A program made the translations under genes and the position numbers. Of a stretch of DNA of 64,000 bases, positions 36,337-46,902 are shown in pieces. This DNA is from Paramoeba atlantica. Its lineage: Eukaryota > Protista > Discosea. The notes beneath the pieces are model-generated. The model was not told the DNA's origin and ran no database searches. It saw nothing but the letters and a program-made list of their open reading frames with translations. The first letter of the stretch is position 1; the number at the start of each line of letters is the position of its first letter. The DNA lies in NCBI GenBank assembly GCA_977017575.1, contig CDRNVI010000178.1, positions 62,001 through 126,000 of the forward strand, written 5' to 3'.

Positions 36337-36774
36337 TCAATTTCTTTCTCTTTTTGCGGGTTTGAGAAAAACTCTCAAATTTTCTTTGAAAAATTGGTCA
36401 ATTTGTGGGATCATCTCAGAATTCTCCGAAGAACCAAACCCCCAAACACATCCCCTTTCTTTCAATTTCAATCTTTCAATGATTTGATCTTTCATAAAAT
36501 GATCAGAAGAATAAACCCAAACAAAAACAAACATTCCATCAATTCCTCCATCAATTTGAGAAACAGCTTCTTCAAAAGAGTTGATCGAATCTTCAAAGAG
36601 CTCTTCGGTCCGAAAAATATTCCTTGGATAGAAAAGAATTCCTTGGCTGTCGTGTTCCGAAATCTGATCTGAAGCAATAAAACTAATTTTTTCTGAATTC
36701 AATATTCCAACAATCATCACAGAACCTCCAAGAACTAAAATGGTTGGCTTTGTTTCTTTTGAATCAGAAGCCAT
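36337..36774 (-). CDS. Hypothetical ~145-aa alpha/beta protein ending in FLKPAKRERN
   Basis: Uninterrupted ATG ORF with protein-like composition. No family recognised. Confidence 0.55.
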   Translation of the reverse strand: MASDSKETKPTILVLGGSVMIVGILNSEKISFIASDQISEHDSQGILFYPRNIFRTEELFEDSINSFEEAVSQIDGGIDGMFVFVWVYSSDHFMKDQIIERLKLKERGCVWGFGSSENSEMIPQIDQFFKENLRVFLKPAKRERN

Positions 36775-37021
36775 CAATCATCAAAAGCAAACCTCTCTCT
36801 CGGAATTGGGTTTCACAAAAAAAACAGAAAAACAGGTGTCCTGTATGGTGTCCCCTTCCAATTACCAAAAACAGACATTGGTGTCCTATTTTTTGGGTGT
36901 CCCCTTCTTTTTTGTTTTTCTCTTTCCTCTTTTTCTCTTTCCCTCTCTTTCCTTTTGTCCTTGTTTTCTCCTCTTTTGCCGAACTTTTTTTTGGTTTGGA
37001 AGAGTGGGAGGGATTTAAACC

Positions 37022-38227
37022 ATGTCATCAGAAGACTCACCAAAAATGAAGTTGTCAAACATTCACAGAGAGAAATTAATTTCCCTCTTGAAGAGAATGA
37101 TGGACCAAGAACGAGCAACGGTCGCAATCTCCCCATACCAACAACAAGAAGGATTTTGGTTTGGAGGTGGAAATGTCGTTGTTGAAGATGATTGTCTTTG
37201 GCTTGTTGGTCGTTTTCGAAACTTTGGTGACTCAAGAACAGGATTGAAAGCGGGTCTTCGTGGATTGGAGTGCGCTCTCTTTCGTTCTGATAATCAAGGC
37301 AAGTCATGGGAAAAAGTTCATAGTTGGACGAAAACTCAATTGTCACAATTTTCTGAATCAAAGATACTCTCTATTGAAGGGACTGATCTCCATCGATTAA
37401 AAGATGGGAATTGGGAGTTATTCATCTCATCTGAAAAAGAGGTGAAATATCCTGTAGACCTTGCTTCTTACCAAAAACCTGGAACAGGGATTTGGTCTCT
37501 TGACTCACTGAGAGCACCTTCTGTGTTAGAACTTCACCCTCGAACTTTGACTCCCCTTCATTTGAGAGGCCATCCTGATCTTCAAGGAGAAGCGGAAAAT
37601 GAAGAGCGTGAAGCAGTCCATCTTCATCTGAAAGATCCAGTTTTGTTTGACATTGAATCAAAAAGTCACGTGACTGCTCTCTTCTTCTGTACTCACCCTT
37701 ATTCTTGGACATCAAGTAATACTGCAATGGCAATCCGAACAACCTTACCCACAAAACCCACTCCAACAAAAGAAGATTTTCGAGTGGATACATGGCAAGT
37801 GGTCGGGCGAGGAAGTGCATGGGATGTGGCAGTGACTCGCATAACATGCAGAATTCCAATCCCGCATTTGGGAATTTTTGCTTCATTACCACCTTGTTCT
37901 GTTTATCTGTATGATGGAGCAGAGTGTGTTCGAGAACACCAACAAAGTCAAAAAGGACATCATCGTGCAAGGGGGTATTCTTGTGAAGAAATAGGAGGAG
38001 CTTTTTTTGGTTGGGATCATGAATTTCCTTCCTTAACTCGTTTATCAGATCTCTCTCCTTTCTTTGAATCACATCAAGGAACTGGGTGTAGCCGATATGC
38101 GAGTGGAACTTTTCTCCCTTCAGGTTTCTTGATGACATGGCAACAGAGCCAAAATGACAAATCACAACCTTTAGTATCACATTTTCTCCCAATGGCAGAA
38201 ATTGAAACAATACTTTCAAAAGACTGA
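37022..38227 (+). CDS. Intronless Asp-box (BNR) beta-propeller, sialidase/glycoside-hydrolase-like, resembling prokaryotic conserved hypotheticals
   Basis: Asp-box FRSDNQGKSW; GFWFGGGNVV; SIEG; HLKDPV; YDGAECVREH; GTGCSRY; TWQQSQ. 401 aa. Confidence 0.7.
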   Translation: MSSEDSPKMKLSNIHREKLISLLKRMMDQERATVAISPYQQQEGFWFGGGNVVVEDDCLWLVGRFRNFGDSRTGLKAGLRGLECALFRSDNQGKSWEKVHSWTKTQLSQFSESKILSIEGTDLHRLKDGNWELFISSEKEVKYPVDLASYQKPGTGIWSLDSLRAPSVLELHPRTLTPLHLRGHPDLQGEAENEEREAVHLHLKDPVLFDIESKSHVTALFFCTHPYSWTSSNTAMAIRTTLPTKPTPTKEDFRVDTWQVVGRGSAWDVAVTRITCRIPIPHLGIFASLPPCSVYLYDGAECVREHQQSQKGHHRARGYSCEEIGGAFFGWDHEFPSLTRLSDLSPFFESHQGTGCSRYASGTFLPSGFLMTWQQSQNDKSQPLVSHFLPMAEIETILSKD

Positions 38228-38288
38228 AAAAAAATTATTGTTCATGATGATTGGATTTTTATTTTTGTTTTGGTTTTTTTGGGAATTG

Positions 38289-40519
38289 TTATTTAGGATT
38301 AATGAGGGAAAAAATAGCGCGAAGGCGAGTGGAAAAGTCAAGACCATAGATAAGTGAGACCAACCCAGTTCCAAATGTTAAACTGCCACTTTGGAGGGGA
38401 TATTGCATAATTTTTGGGATAGTTGTTCGAATAAATGATGTCTGTCCACTCATTTTAATTTTGTGTCATCAAAAAAGTTTTAAAATCAAAAGAAAAAAAG
38501 GTAAATAACCTGATCAAGAACAACTGATTTTTGCAAACACAGCGCTTGTAAGCCTTCTGGTCCTGCAAAACGGCCAAATCCTGAGTGTTTCACTCCTCCA
38601 AAAGGCAATGATTGAACAAGATAATCTGGAATTAAAAAAAAAAATTAAATTTAAAAAAAGGGTTTCTTTTTGATAAAATCTTCCTTCAAAAAAAAAAAAG
38701 CAAACTTGTTGCAAAGTCATTGACACAAGTCATACCAGCTCGAATGCGTTGTCCTAATTGTTCACCTCTAGAATCACTTTTACAAAATACACACGACCCC
38801 AACCCAAAATCGGAGTCATTTACGATACGGAGAGCCTCTTCAGCATCTTTTACACGAAAGATAGTCATCACAGGTCCAAACACCTCTTCTTTGGCAATCC
38901 TCATGTCTGGGGTAACATCCGCAAGAACTGTTGGGAGATAAAATAATCCATTTGGGAGAGTCTCATTTCTTTTTCCTCCTGCCAGAAGCTTTGCACCTCG
39001 TTCAACCGCATCATTGACTAATGATTGGATAATATCTAATTGTTGAGGAGTTACCATGGCACTGACGTCCACATTACCGCTGCCACCAGCGCCTTCACTG
39101 AGAGCGGGTCCTTGACGAAGTGCTTTCACCTTCTCAGCCACTTTACGAACAAATTCATCATATAGGCGCTCATGTATAATAATTCTCTCGATTCCACAAC
39201 AATTTTGGCCTGAATTTTGAAAAGTGCCTCTCATAGCAATTGGAATACACGCATCAACTTCAGCATCTTCTAGTATCACCATCGGGTCTTTTCCTCCAAG
39301 TTCCAAAACAACTGGTTTTAAGTGCTAGGGGGGCAGGGGTGAGAAAAGAAAAAGAGAAACTCTTCGAAGAATAAAAATGAAAAGAATTTAGACAGACAAC
39401 AACCTTTGATGCCCCTTCCATCACAAGTTTTCCAATTTGAGGAGAACCAGTGAAAAGAATTTTATCAATATCAGGACAGTCCACGAGAGCAGCTCCTGTT
39501 CCACCAAAACCAGTCACAACCTGTGTGTTTAAACAACATTGGGAAAATCAGACATGTCTCCCCTTTCAAAAAAAATAAAAAAAATGGCTCTTTCTTTTCG
39601 CAAAAAAAAAATATACCTGAACAAGGGAAGGATCATGTCCTTCTACACGAAGAGCTTCATGGACAATTCGGAGGAAGTAAGATGAACTCCAACTCGTATA
39701 TTCACTCACTTTGACAACCACTCCATTTCCAGCAAAGATTCCTGAAATGATGTGGTTATACCTAAAAATAACTATGAATAAGGGAACATTTTTTTGTCAT
39801 TCAAAAAGAAGAGGGGGAGGTGCAAACAAGTTATGAAAGGGATAATTCCAAGGAGCGATGACCCCAATTACACCGAGCGGATGATATTCCACAAAAGCTT
39901 TCTTGTGAATTGTCATCAGACTTGTTGGTCTTTCCTGTCTCTGGAGAGCCTCTTCTCCGTGTTTGACAACATAGGAGATTTTTTCACTATTTTTTGGGGG
40001 GATTAGCCTTTCATCTCAAACAAAAAGAGAGTCAAGTTGGTGGTGGTCAAACCAAGTGGTGATAATTTCTCCAAGTAAAGCATCAACAAGAGGTTTTCCA
40101 GAATCACGAGAGTCGACACGACAAATTTCTTTTTGGTGTTGGAGGATATACTTTTGAAGAATGAGAAGGACTTGACGACGCTGTTCAAAAGAAGTCGTGG
40201 CCCAAGTTTTTTGAGCCACTTTGGCTTCTGCTGCGATCCGATACACTTCCTCTCGATCCATTGCCTTGACCACTCCGAGAGAACAACCAGTTGCAGGGTC
40301 ATAACAATGGACCACGTTTGGATCCTCCTCTTTATGAATGGCCATCGAATCTGATCTTTCTTTTGACACATGGACCTCTTCAGAAGCTTCAAGGTCGTTC
40401 AACGGAACCTGGATTGTTGGGACTGTTTTCTTCCTTAAAATGGAAACTGTAAAAGCAATCACCAGAAATGTGACAGCAATCCCAATGGACATACCCATTG
40501 AAAGAAAAATTTCCACCAT
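38289..40519 (-). CDS. ALDH22A1: Aldehyde dehydrogenase family 22 (ALDH22A1/Msc7-like) with an N-terminal membrane anchor, multi-exon
   Basis: N-terminal TM; VHCYDPATG; [17 protein letters not shown]; FTGSPQIG; ELGGKDP; catalytic GQNCCGIER; EEVFGPV. Confidence 0.88.
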
Positions 40520-40689
40520 CTTGAATGCCCAAAACCAACAGGGAGAAGAAGAAGGAAGGGGTGTGGGAGGGTGAACACCGAACCAAAACGGAAAAAGGAG
40601 GGTTCGACAAAAAACGCGTGGTGAAAAATCAAGAGCTCTAATTTTAGAGCGCGACTCCCAAAACTCTTTTCTTGCTTTTCGAGAAATTT

Positions 40690-42652
40690 TTATTTTGGTT
40701 GGAAGGGGGCTGTTGCTTGGCTGTGGATTCTTGAATTGAGTTCTGATAAGTGGGCCATGAACTCCTTTGCTCTTTCATTTTGACCCAATTCTCGGAGCGC
40801 ATTGACCATCAAAGAGTAGCACCTCATTAAACCAACGTGATCCTGAATTTTGTGATTGTAATCGATTGCCTCTTGTAAAAGTTCGGTCGCTCTTTGAGGC
40901 TCTGAGGAAATTTTTAAGGCACCAAGATCACAAAGAGCCGACTTATAGATTTCTAGATCTCGATCTTGGCTCAATTCAAGAGCTTTCTGAAAATGACTTT
41001 CAGCATCTGACTCATTTCCAAGATCAAAATTGAGTTTTCCGAGATATAAGCGCCCCATTCCTTCGAGCTCGGTCATTTGAGTAATTTCTGCCTTCTTTGT
41101 GAAAAAATCATGAGCTAGTTGAAGATGGGCACTTGCAATATCGAAATTCTTCAAAATTCGGTGGAGATTCCCAACAAAGAGGAGGCACTTTGTTTGGAGA
41201 ACAACCAATTCAAATTTTCGAGAAATCTTTTTTGTATGTGTCAGGGTGAGAACAATGATGGGATCCAAAAAAAGAACAAAAAAAGTCTCTTAACTGCTAA
41301 TCCTTCTTGGTAATGGCGTAAGGCTTCGTCTTTAAGATTTAAGAATTCTTTGATCTGACCCATTTTACAATGCGATTCAATTTGACAAGAAGCGAGTTGA
41401 CATTTGATCACAAAATCCAACGCCTTCTGATGTTGTTCAATCGCAGTTTCAAACTGATCTGTATGGTTTTTTTTTGTTGAGAGAGAGATAAAAATCAAAT
41501 TTGAGAAAAAAGAGATAAACTTAATTTGACTGAACAGTCAGCAACGAGAGTCATTCCTTCCCAGCAGGGTCGATTTTGGAAGAATCTTTTGCTTTCTGCA
41601 GCATACTTCTCAAACTCGCTTTTGGCGCTCTTGTATCGTTTTCTTTTCATCACCTAAAAAAATTATAGATTAAAATCTTTTTTCATTTCTTTCTATTTTC
41701 TTTTCTTTCTTCTCAGCATCGTCATACCACATCCCCAAGAACACGAAGAGTGTGCAAGTATTCCTCCAAATAATTTTGGCCAGTGACAACGTTTTTGTAG
41801 TGCTGAGCTGCTACTCTTAAATGCTCTTCAGCCTATTCGAAAAAAAAGGGGTTTTAAGAGATAAAAATTCCTCCAATTGCAAGAACAAAGAAAAAGAAAC
41901 TTGGTCAAAATCACCAATACTCCCAAGAATAATTCCGTATTGTGAATTGATTTTTCCAGAGAGCCCGTGATCGACTGGCTCAACCTGGTCTGCCAATTGT
42001 AAACATGAGATAAACACTCTCTTTGCTTCCGGAATATTATTCTCTGCTGCGTATCTCTATTATGACAGGGGAGCATAATTTTGTGTCAATAACCATCCTG
42101 GAACAAAAAAAAAAGAGAAGAAGGAGGAATTCAAACCCTTCCTTGAATTTGAAGCTCATAAGCCTTCGTCAATTGCTCAAAGGTTTTTTTTCTCTGTTTT
42201 TCTATTTCTTGTTTCTCAACCTCAGACTGCTTTTGCGTGTGTTTTGCTTTTTTTTCTTTCATCCTACAGGAAAAAAAAAAACTCAATGCCTGCAACCAAA
42301 AAATTATGAAAAAAAAAGAAAAAAAACCAAAAATCCTTTACCTCAACATGAATTTCGCTTCATCTTCTTTCAATCCACCTTTTTGGCAAACCAACATAAT
42401 AAGTGGACCAACAACCATTTGGTGCTCAGTATCACCAAGACTTTCATAAATATCGAAAGCTTTGGAGAGACATTTCAAGGAACCCTGATAATTCTGTGAT
42501 TGAAAATGAAGCCGCCCTTCTTCACAAAGCTCTTTTGCTCGATCATTTTCAGGTGAAGTTGCAGAAGAAAGAAAGCGATTAATTGACCCAACCCTTGATT
42601 GGGAAGCGAAAACTCTTGCTGATCGGGAGACTAAACAAGGGAGACGGGACAT
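40690..42652 (-). CDS. TPR-repeat protein with a putative mitochondrial presequence, multi-exon
   Basis: Arg/Ser-rich, acid-free N-terminus (MSRLPCLVSRSARVFASQSRVGSINRFLSS). TPR-like helices such as ARLYLGKLNFDLGNESDAESHFQKALEL and ALRHYQEGL. Confidence 0.75.
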
Positions 42653-43991
42653 GGCCTGAGGAATTCCGTTTCCGTTTCACTCGAAAAAAAAAAAGGGAAC
42701 AAAACCACTCCAACCCTAATTTGGTGTTCTTTTGGTTCTCCTCTTTTGGTTTTTGGGCTTCCTTGGAGGCAACAAACGGAGATGCTGCAGGAGCAGCAGT
42801 TTCTTTTCTTTTCAAAGATGGTTCCCCATCATGTCCAAGAAACAACAAAAAAGAAACAAAACAAAACAAGGTCATTTTTTTCCCAAAGAAGAGGGTTGAG
42901 AATCTGTCATCTTCACCGCAGAGTCTGCCGCTCAGGTGACTCAACCTCCTGCTTGATTGGTGCTGGTCAATCCCTGTGCGAGAAGAAGACCGAGAAAACA
43001 GCAGTATGAACTTTGGGAGTTTCTTTTGACGCCTTTTGACTTGTGCAATGCCCACCACCAATAACAGTTTATTGAAACAGCCTTGAACAGCCTGCTTTGG
43101 CAATGTTGCTTTGCTTATTGATGGATCTTGTACTTTTATACAAGAATTTAAGTCACATCTTTGGCTCAGCGGTTTATATCTGTCTCTTGACCCTCACGAC
43201 CCACCTACAGAAAGCAAAAAGGTAAGATAAGTCAAATTTGTTCTCTCAAGAAGCTCTGATGAAGCAAAACTTCTCAAAAGACATTTTGATGAGTGATACT
43301 TGGATGCCTCATCTGATTTTTCTAAGACTTTCTGTATTCATGTTGGCATGAGTCAACATGAGTTGGGTGTGGTCCTCTGGACATTGAAGAACTTTAAACA
43401 TAAACTCTGTGAGTGTGACCCAATTATCTTTTGTGATTGTGACCCAATTGTCTTTTGTGATTGTGAGGCTTTAAAGACATTGTTTTTGTGTGGATCACAA
43501 AAAGGTTGCTTGAAGAAATCTTTGTTGAACAATGAGGAAAGAGAACAAGGTTGAGGTTGTTGGCCAACAACCTCAACATCTTTGTTGGTGTTGCAAGCAC
43601 CCAGATGTGTACAACTTGTTGAAAAACATGCTTTGTTTTATTTTTGAGATTATGTCAAATTCAAATTCCTCTGGAGCTCTGGAAATTGGTGGAAATGGAA
43701 ATATATTGAATAGTTGGTGTGATGTTTTGGGAGGTGAGGAAGAGAAGGAGTGTTGGATTGAATATTTTGATAGAAAGTGTTTGAGATGTCATGAACACAC
43801 TCAATTCAGTGATTTTGGAGGGGAGCTTTTTGAAAGTTGAAGAGAAAAGGGGAGAGAATTTCTCTCAAGAGAACAGCCCAATACTTTCTAATGATTTGGT
43901 TGATAGTATTGGTCACAGAAATAGATTTGAGCTGGGGGGGTAGGGGGGTGTTGTCAAAGAACAAATGGTTCACTGCATTCTTGAATAAAGG

Positions 43992-44129
43992 AGTTGAGTC
44001 TTCTATGGAATAGTATGGAGATAAAGACAAGAACAGAGAACAAGAACAAAGAACAAAGAAAGAACAAGCTTGATTCAATGTCTTTTATCAAATGTGTTCC
44101 AAAAGCCAAAAAGAACAAAAGAAAGTTTA
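43992..44129 (-). mobile_element. Truncated copy of the 307-bp gypsy LTR (3' part)
   Basis: Reverse-complement match to the 3' end of the LTRs at 52646 and 57905. Ends ..CTCAACT; broken at 44129. Confidence 0.85.
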
Positions 44130-44848
44130 CATTACAGAATTTTTATATGGAGCTTATGTGTCAGCTTTTGCACAGGAGCTCTGTGCTCCTTGTGGATTGC
44201 AACAAAACAACAAAGTTGATTTTAGTGCTTCAAATTTAGCATGCTTGTCCAAGTTGCACTTTTGCCAAACCAACACACATTGATTCCTCTTCTTGGAAAT
44301 TTCATATTTGTGAAACACCTTTTCCCTTTCCTTTTCACAATTTCCTTTTCAATTTCCTTTCCAATTTCCTTTCTGATTTCCTTTTCCCAAATTGTTCTCC
44401 CAATTCCTTTTCCCCAACAAACATGCTTCCAAACCAAAGAGAATAAAACACAAACCAAGAGCAGATAACAACAATCACCCTTGTGCACCTGACAACACTG
44501 CAATTCAAACTCATATGCTCCCACCCACCACATTACAGAATTTTTGTATGGTCTGATGTGCCAAAAGATGATTGATTCTTTTCAAATATAAAACTTCAAA
44601 GTCCTTTTGTTTTCTAATAAAGAGAATACAAACTGATGTTCTATAAAACTTTTAGACTTCAAAAAGGTGTAGTACAGTTAGAAAATTTAGAGAAAAATGA
44701 CTTTTCACAAACTTTTTGACTTACCAAAAAGATTTTGCAGATGATTTTTTTACCTCTCTTTCACCATAGTTTTTTCAAACAAATAGTTCTTCTCACTGAT
44801 CACCAATGAAAAGCTGACATATAAGCTCTATATAAAAATTCCATAATG
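44130..44848. mobile_element. Putative non-autonomous DNA transposon (MITE-like) with ~40-bp imperfect terminal inverted repeats
   Basis: cattacagaatttttatatggagcttatgtgtcagctttt at 44130 vs the reverse complement of 44809-44848 (cattatggaatttttatatagagcttatatgtcagctttt). A third direct copy starts at 44531. No TSD found. Confidence 0.5.
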
Positions 44849-45240
44849 ACTCCCACCAACCATAACCACCACTCCCATAAAACTGCTGCTCTTAGAAACC
44901 CACCACCACCCCATCCATTGTTGATTTTTATCACCAGTCTGCAATGCTTATCATTTCCTAAAAGCTTACTTTTTTTCTTTCTTTCTTTTTTTTATCCTAA
45001 TCTAAATTCTTTTATTTTCACACTTTTTAACATAAATTTTTTCTTTTTTAGAGATTTAAGTTTTACAAACCTTGATCCTATCAAATAATTCTGGTTTCAC
45101 ACCAATGGACTTTTACAGTCGCTAATCAATGCTCTCCTCAGCTGAGAAAGTTGTACACATGCAAACAAATTGAAACACTGCTTTCCATCTTGAGATGTTC
45201 AAAACATTCAAAAAAAAAAAAAGACAAATCACAACAGTGA

Positions 45241-45420
45241 TTACCACTTACTTTGAATAAAACCAGTTGGATTCCTCAACCCAACATTCTGCTTGAACAA
45301 CAAACCATTGCAACAACTCAATTCATATTCATGGGCAATGAAATGTATCAGGTTGTGAGAGTGTTTCAACTCTTGAAGATGCTTCTTGATTTGGTATTGT
45401 TTTGTTGTTTCCTCTGTGTT
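45241..45420 (-). pseudogene. Possible degenerate hAT-type transposase fragment
   Basis: IHFIAHEYELSC resembles the hAT HCxAHxLxL motif. Single weak motif only. Confidence 0.25.
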
Positions 45421-45573
45421 TTCCCAATTGAGGGTTTCTAAAAAACCTGAAAAAACCAACTTTTTTGTGTTTTTTTTTTTTTCACAAAACTTTGGGCCCA
45501 GAGTTTTGGGTGAGGGTGAAACCCAGAGTTTTTTTGTTTTAAAAAAAAATTCAAAATTTTGAAAATGAGATTG

Positions 45574-45879
45574 AGTTGAGTCCTCTACAGAATAGTATGG
45601 AGATAGAGACAAGAACAGAGAACAAGAACAAAGAACAAAGAAAGAACAAGCTTGGTTCAATGTCTTTTATCAAATGCATTCCAAAAGCCAAAAAGAACAA
45701 AAGAAAGTTATGCTCTTTCACCCACAAATGGGTCCAAAGAACAAAACCTCTTTTGTACAAAAAAGGGCAACAAATAATTTACAATTATTCACAATCAGAA
45801 AACACACACAAAACAGTTTAGTGTTCCTGCTCACCAACAAAATGACAAAGTCAACAAAACCAACTATAACAACCCAACA
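45574..45879 (-). mobile_element. Solo LTR (306 bp) of the gypsy family, 5-bp TSD GATTG
   Basis: Matches the LTRs at 52646 and 57905. GATTG at 45569-45573 and 45880-45884. Confidence 0.92.
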
Positions 45880-46166
45880 GATTGAAATGGAAAATGAAAG
45901 TTTATTTCAAACAAAAAAAAGAGAAAAATGGAAATAAAAAGGTTGCTGAAATTGAACTGGAGGGAGGTTTATGGTGGAATAATCTTTTATATTATCAACT
46001 CCACAAATATCTTCCTTCTAAGAATGGTGCATGTTTTAAACAAAATTTTTAAGTGGAATCTTGAAGGCAAACAATAGCAAAAAGCTAATAAAAAAATTCC
46101 ACACTCAGTTGCATTTTGCTTCTCATTCATAAGATGGAAAGAAAAACAATCAAAGAAATGTAAAAA

Positions 46167-46233
46167 CCTCTTGGCTGGAACATATTACCTCTTGATTGGG
46201 ACATATTACCTCTTGGCTGGGACATATTACCTC
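46167..46233. repeat. 21-bp tandem repeat, about 3 copies
   Basis: cctcttggctggaacatatta / cctcttgattgggacatatta / cctcttggctgggacatatta. Confidence 0.9.
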
Positions 46234-46902
46234 AACACAGGTTGCCTTCTCCAGTTTCTTCCATTTTGAGAACATCTTTTTGATTTTCTAAAAAGATGTT
46301 TCAGTTTGAAAAGAAAGAAAAAAGAGAAAGGGAGAGAGAGGAGAAATTGAAAAAAAAAAGAAACCTCAAAAGCAGAAACTTCACAACCCCCAAGAGAGTC
46401 ATAAAATAACAATTCATTCAACTAAAAACAAAAAAAAAACAAACCAACAGGAAAAAAAAAAGAACAAAAAAACCAAGAAGGGGAATGTGAATGTGAACAG
46501 AAAAAGCAAAAAAAAAAACAAGGCTCTGTCACACAAAAATATTATGATTTTTTTCTTGCTGTCTTTCTTTGAAAAGAAAAAAATGAAAAGACTTGGTACC
46601 TTACTTTGGTGTGGAGCACATTTTTTTTTGTTTTTTCTGTTTGGTTTTATTCTTTCAGTTTTTCTTTTGTTTTTGTTTGTTTGTTCTTTTGTTTGATTGT
46701 TTTTTTTTTTGGTTTCTCTTTTGTTTTGTTTTTGTTTGTGTGTTTGCTTTTGTTTGTTTGTTCTTTTGTTTAATTGTTTTTTTTTTGTTTCTCTTTTGTT
46801 TTGTTTTTTGTTTGTGTGTGTTTGCTTTTGTGTTTTTTTGTTTTGTTTTTTGTTTTGTTTTTTCTTTCAGTTCCTTGATGTGTTTGTTTTGAAAGGATGA
46901 TT

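Noticed and set aside
42579-43200. ORF 42579-43103 and an A-box-like TGGCTCAGCGG near 43162 (tRNA/SINE)
   Set aside because: The ORF has no recognisable domain and overlaps the TPR start region. No B-box or cloverleaf follows the A-box-like motif.
46487-46900. Phe/Cys/Val-rich ORFs resembling membrane proteins
   Set aside because: They are translations of a (TTTG)n-like low-complexity tract. The same applies to many F-rich and K-rich ORFs in introns and intergenic DNA across the window.
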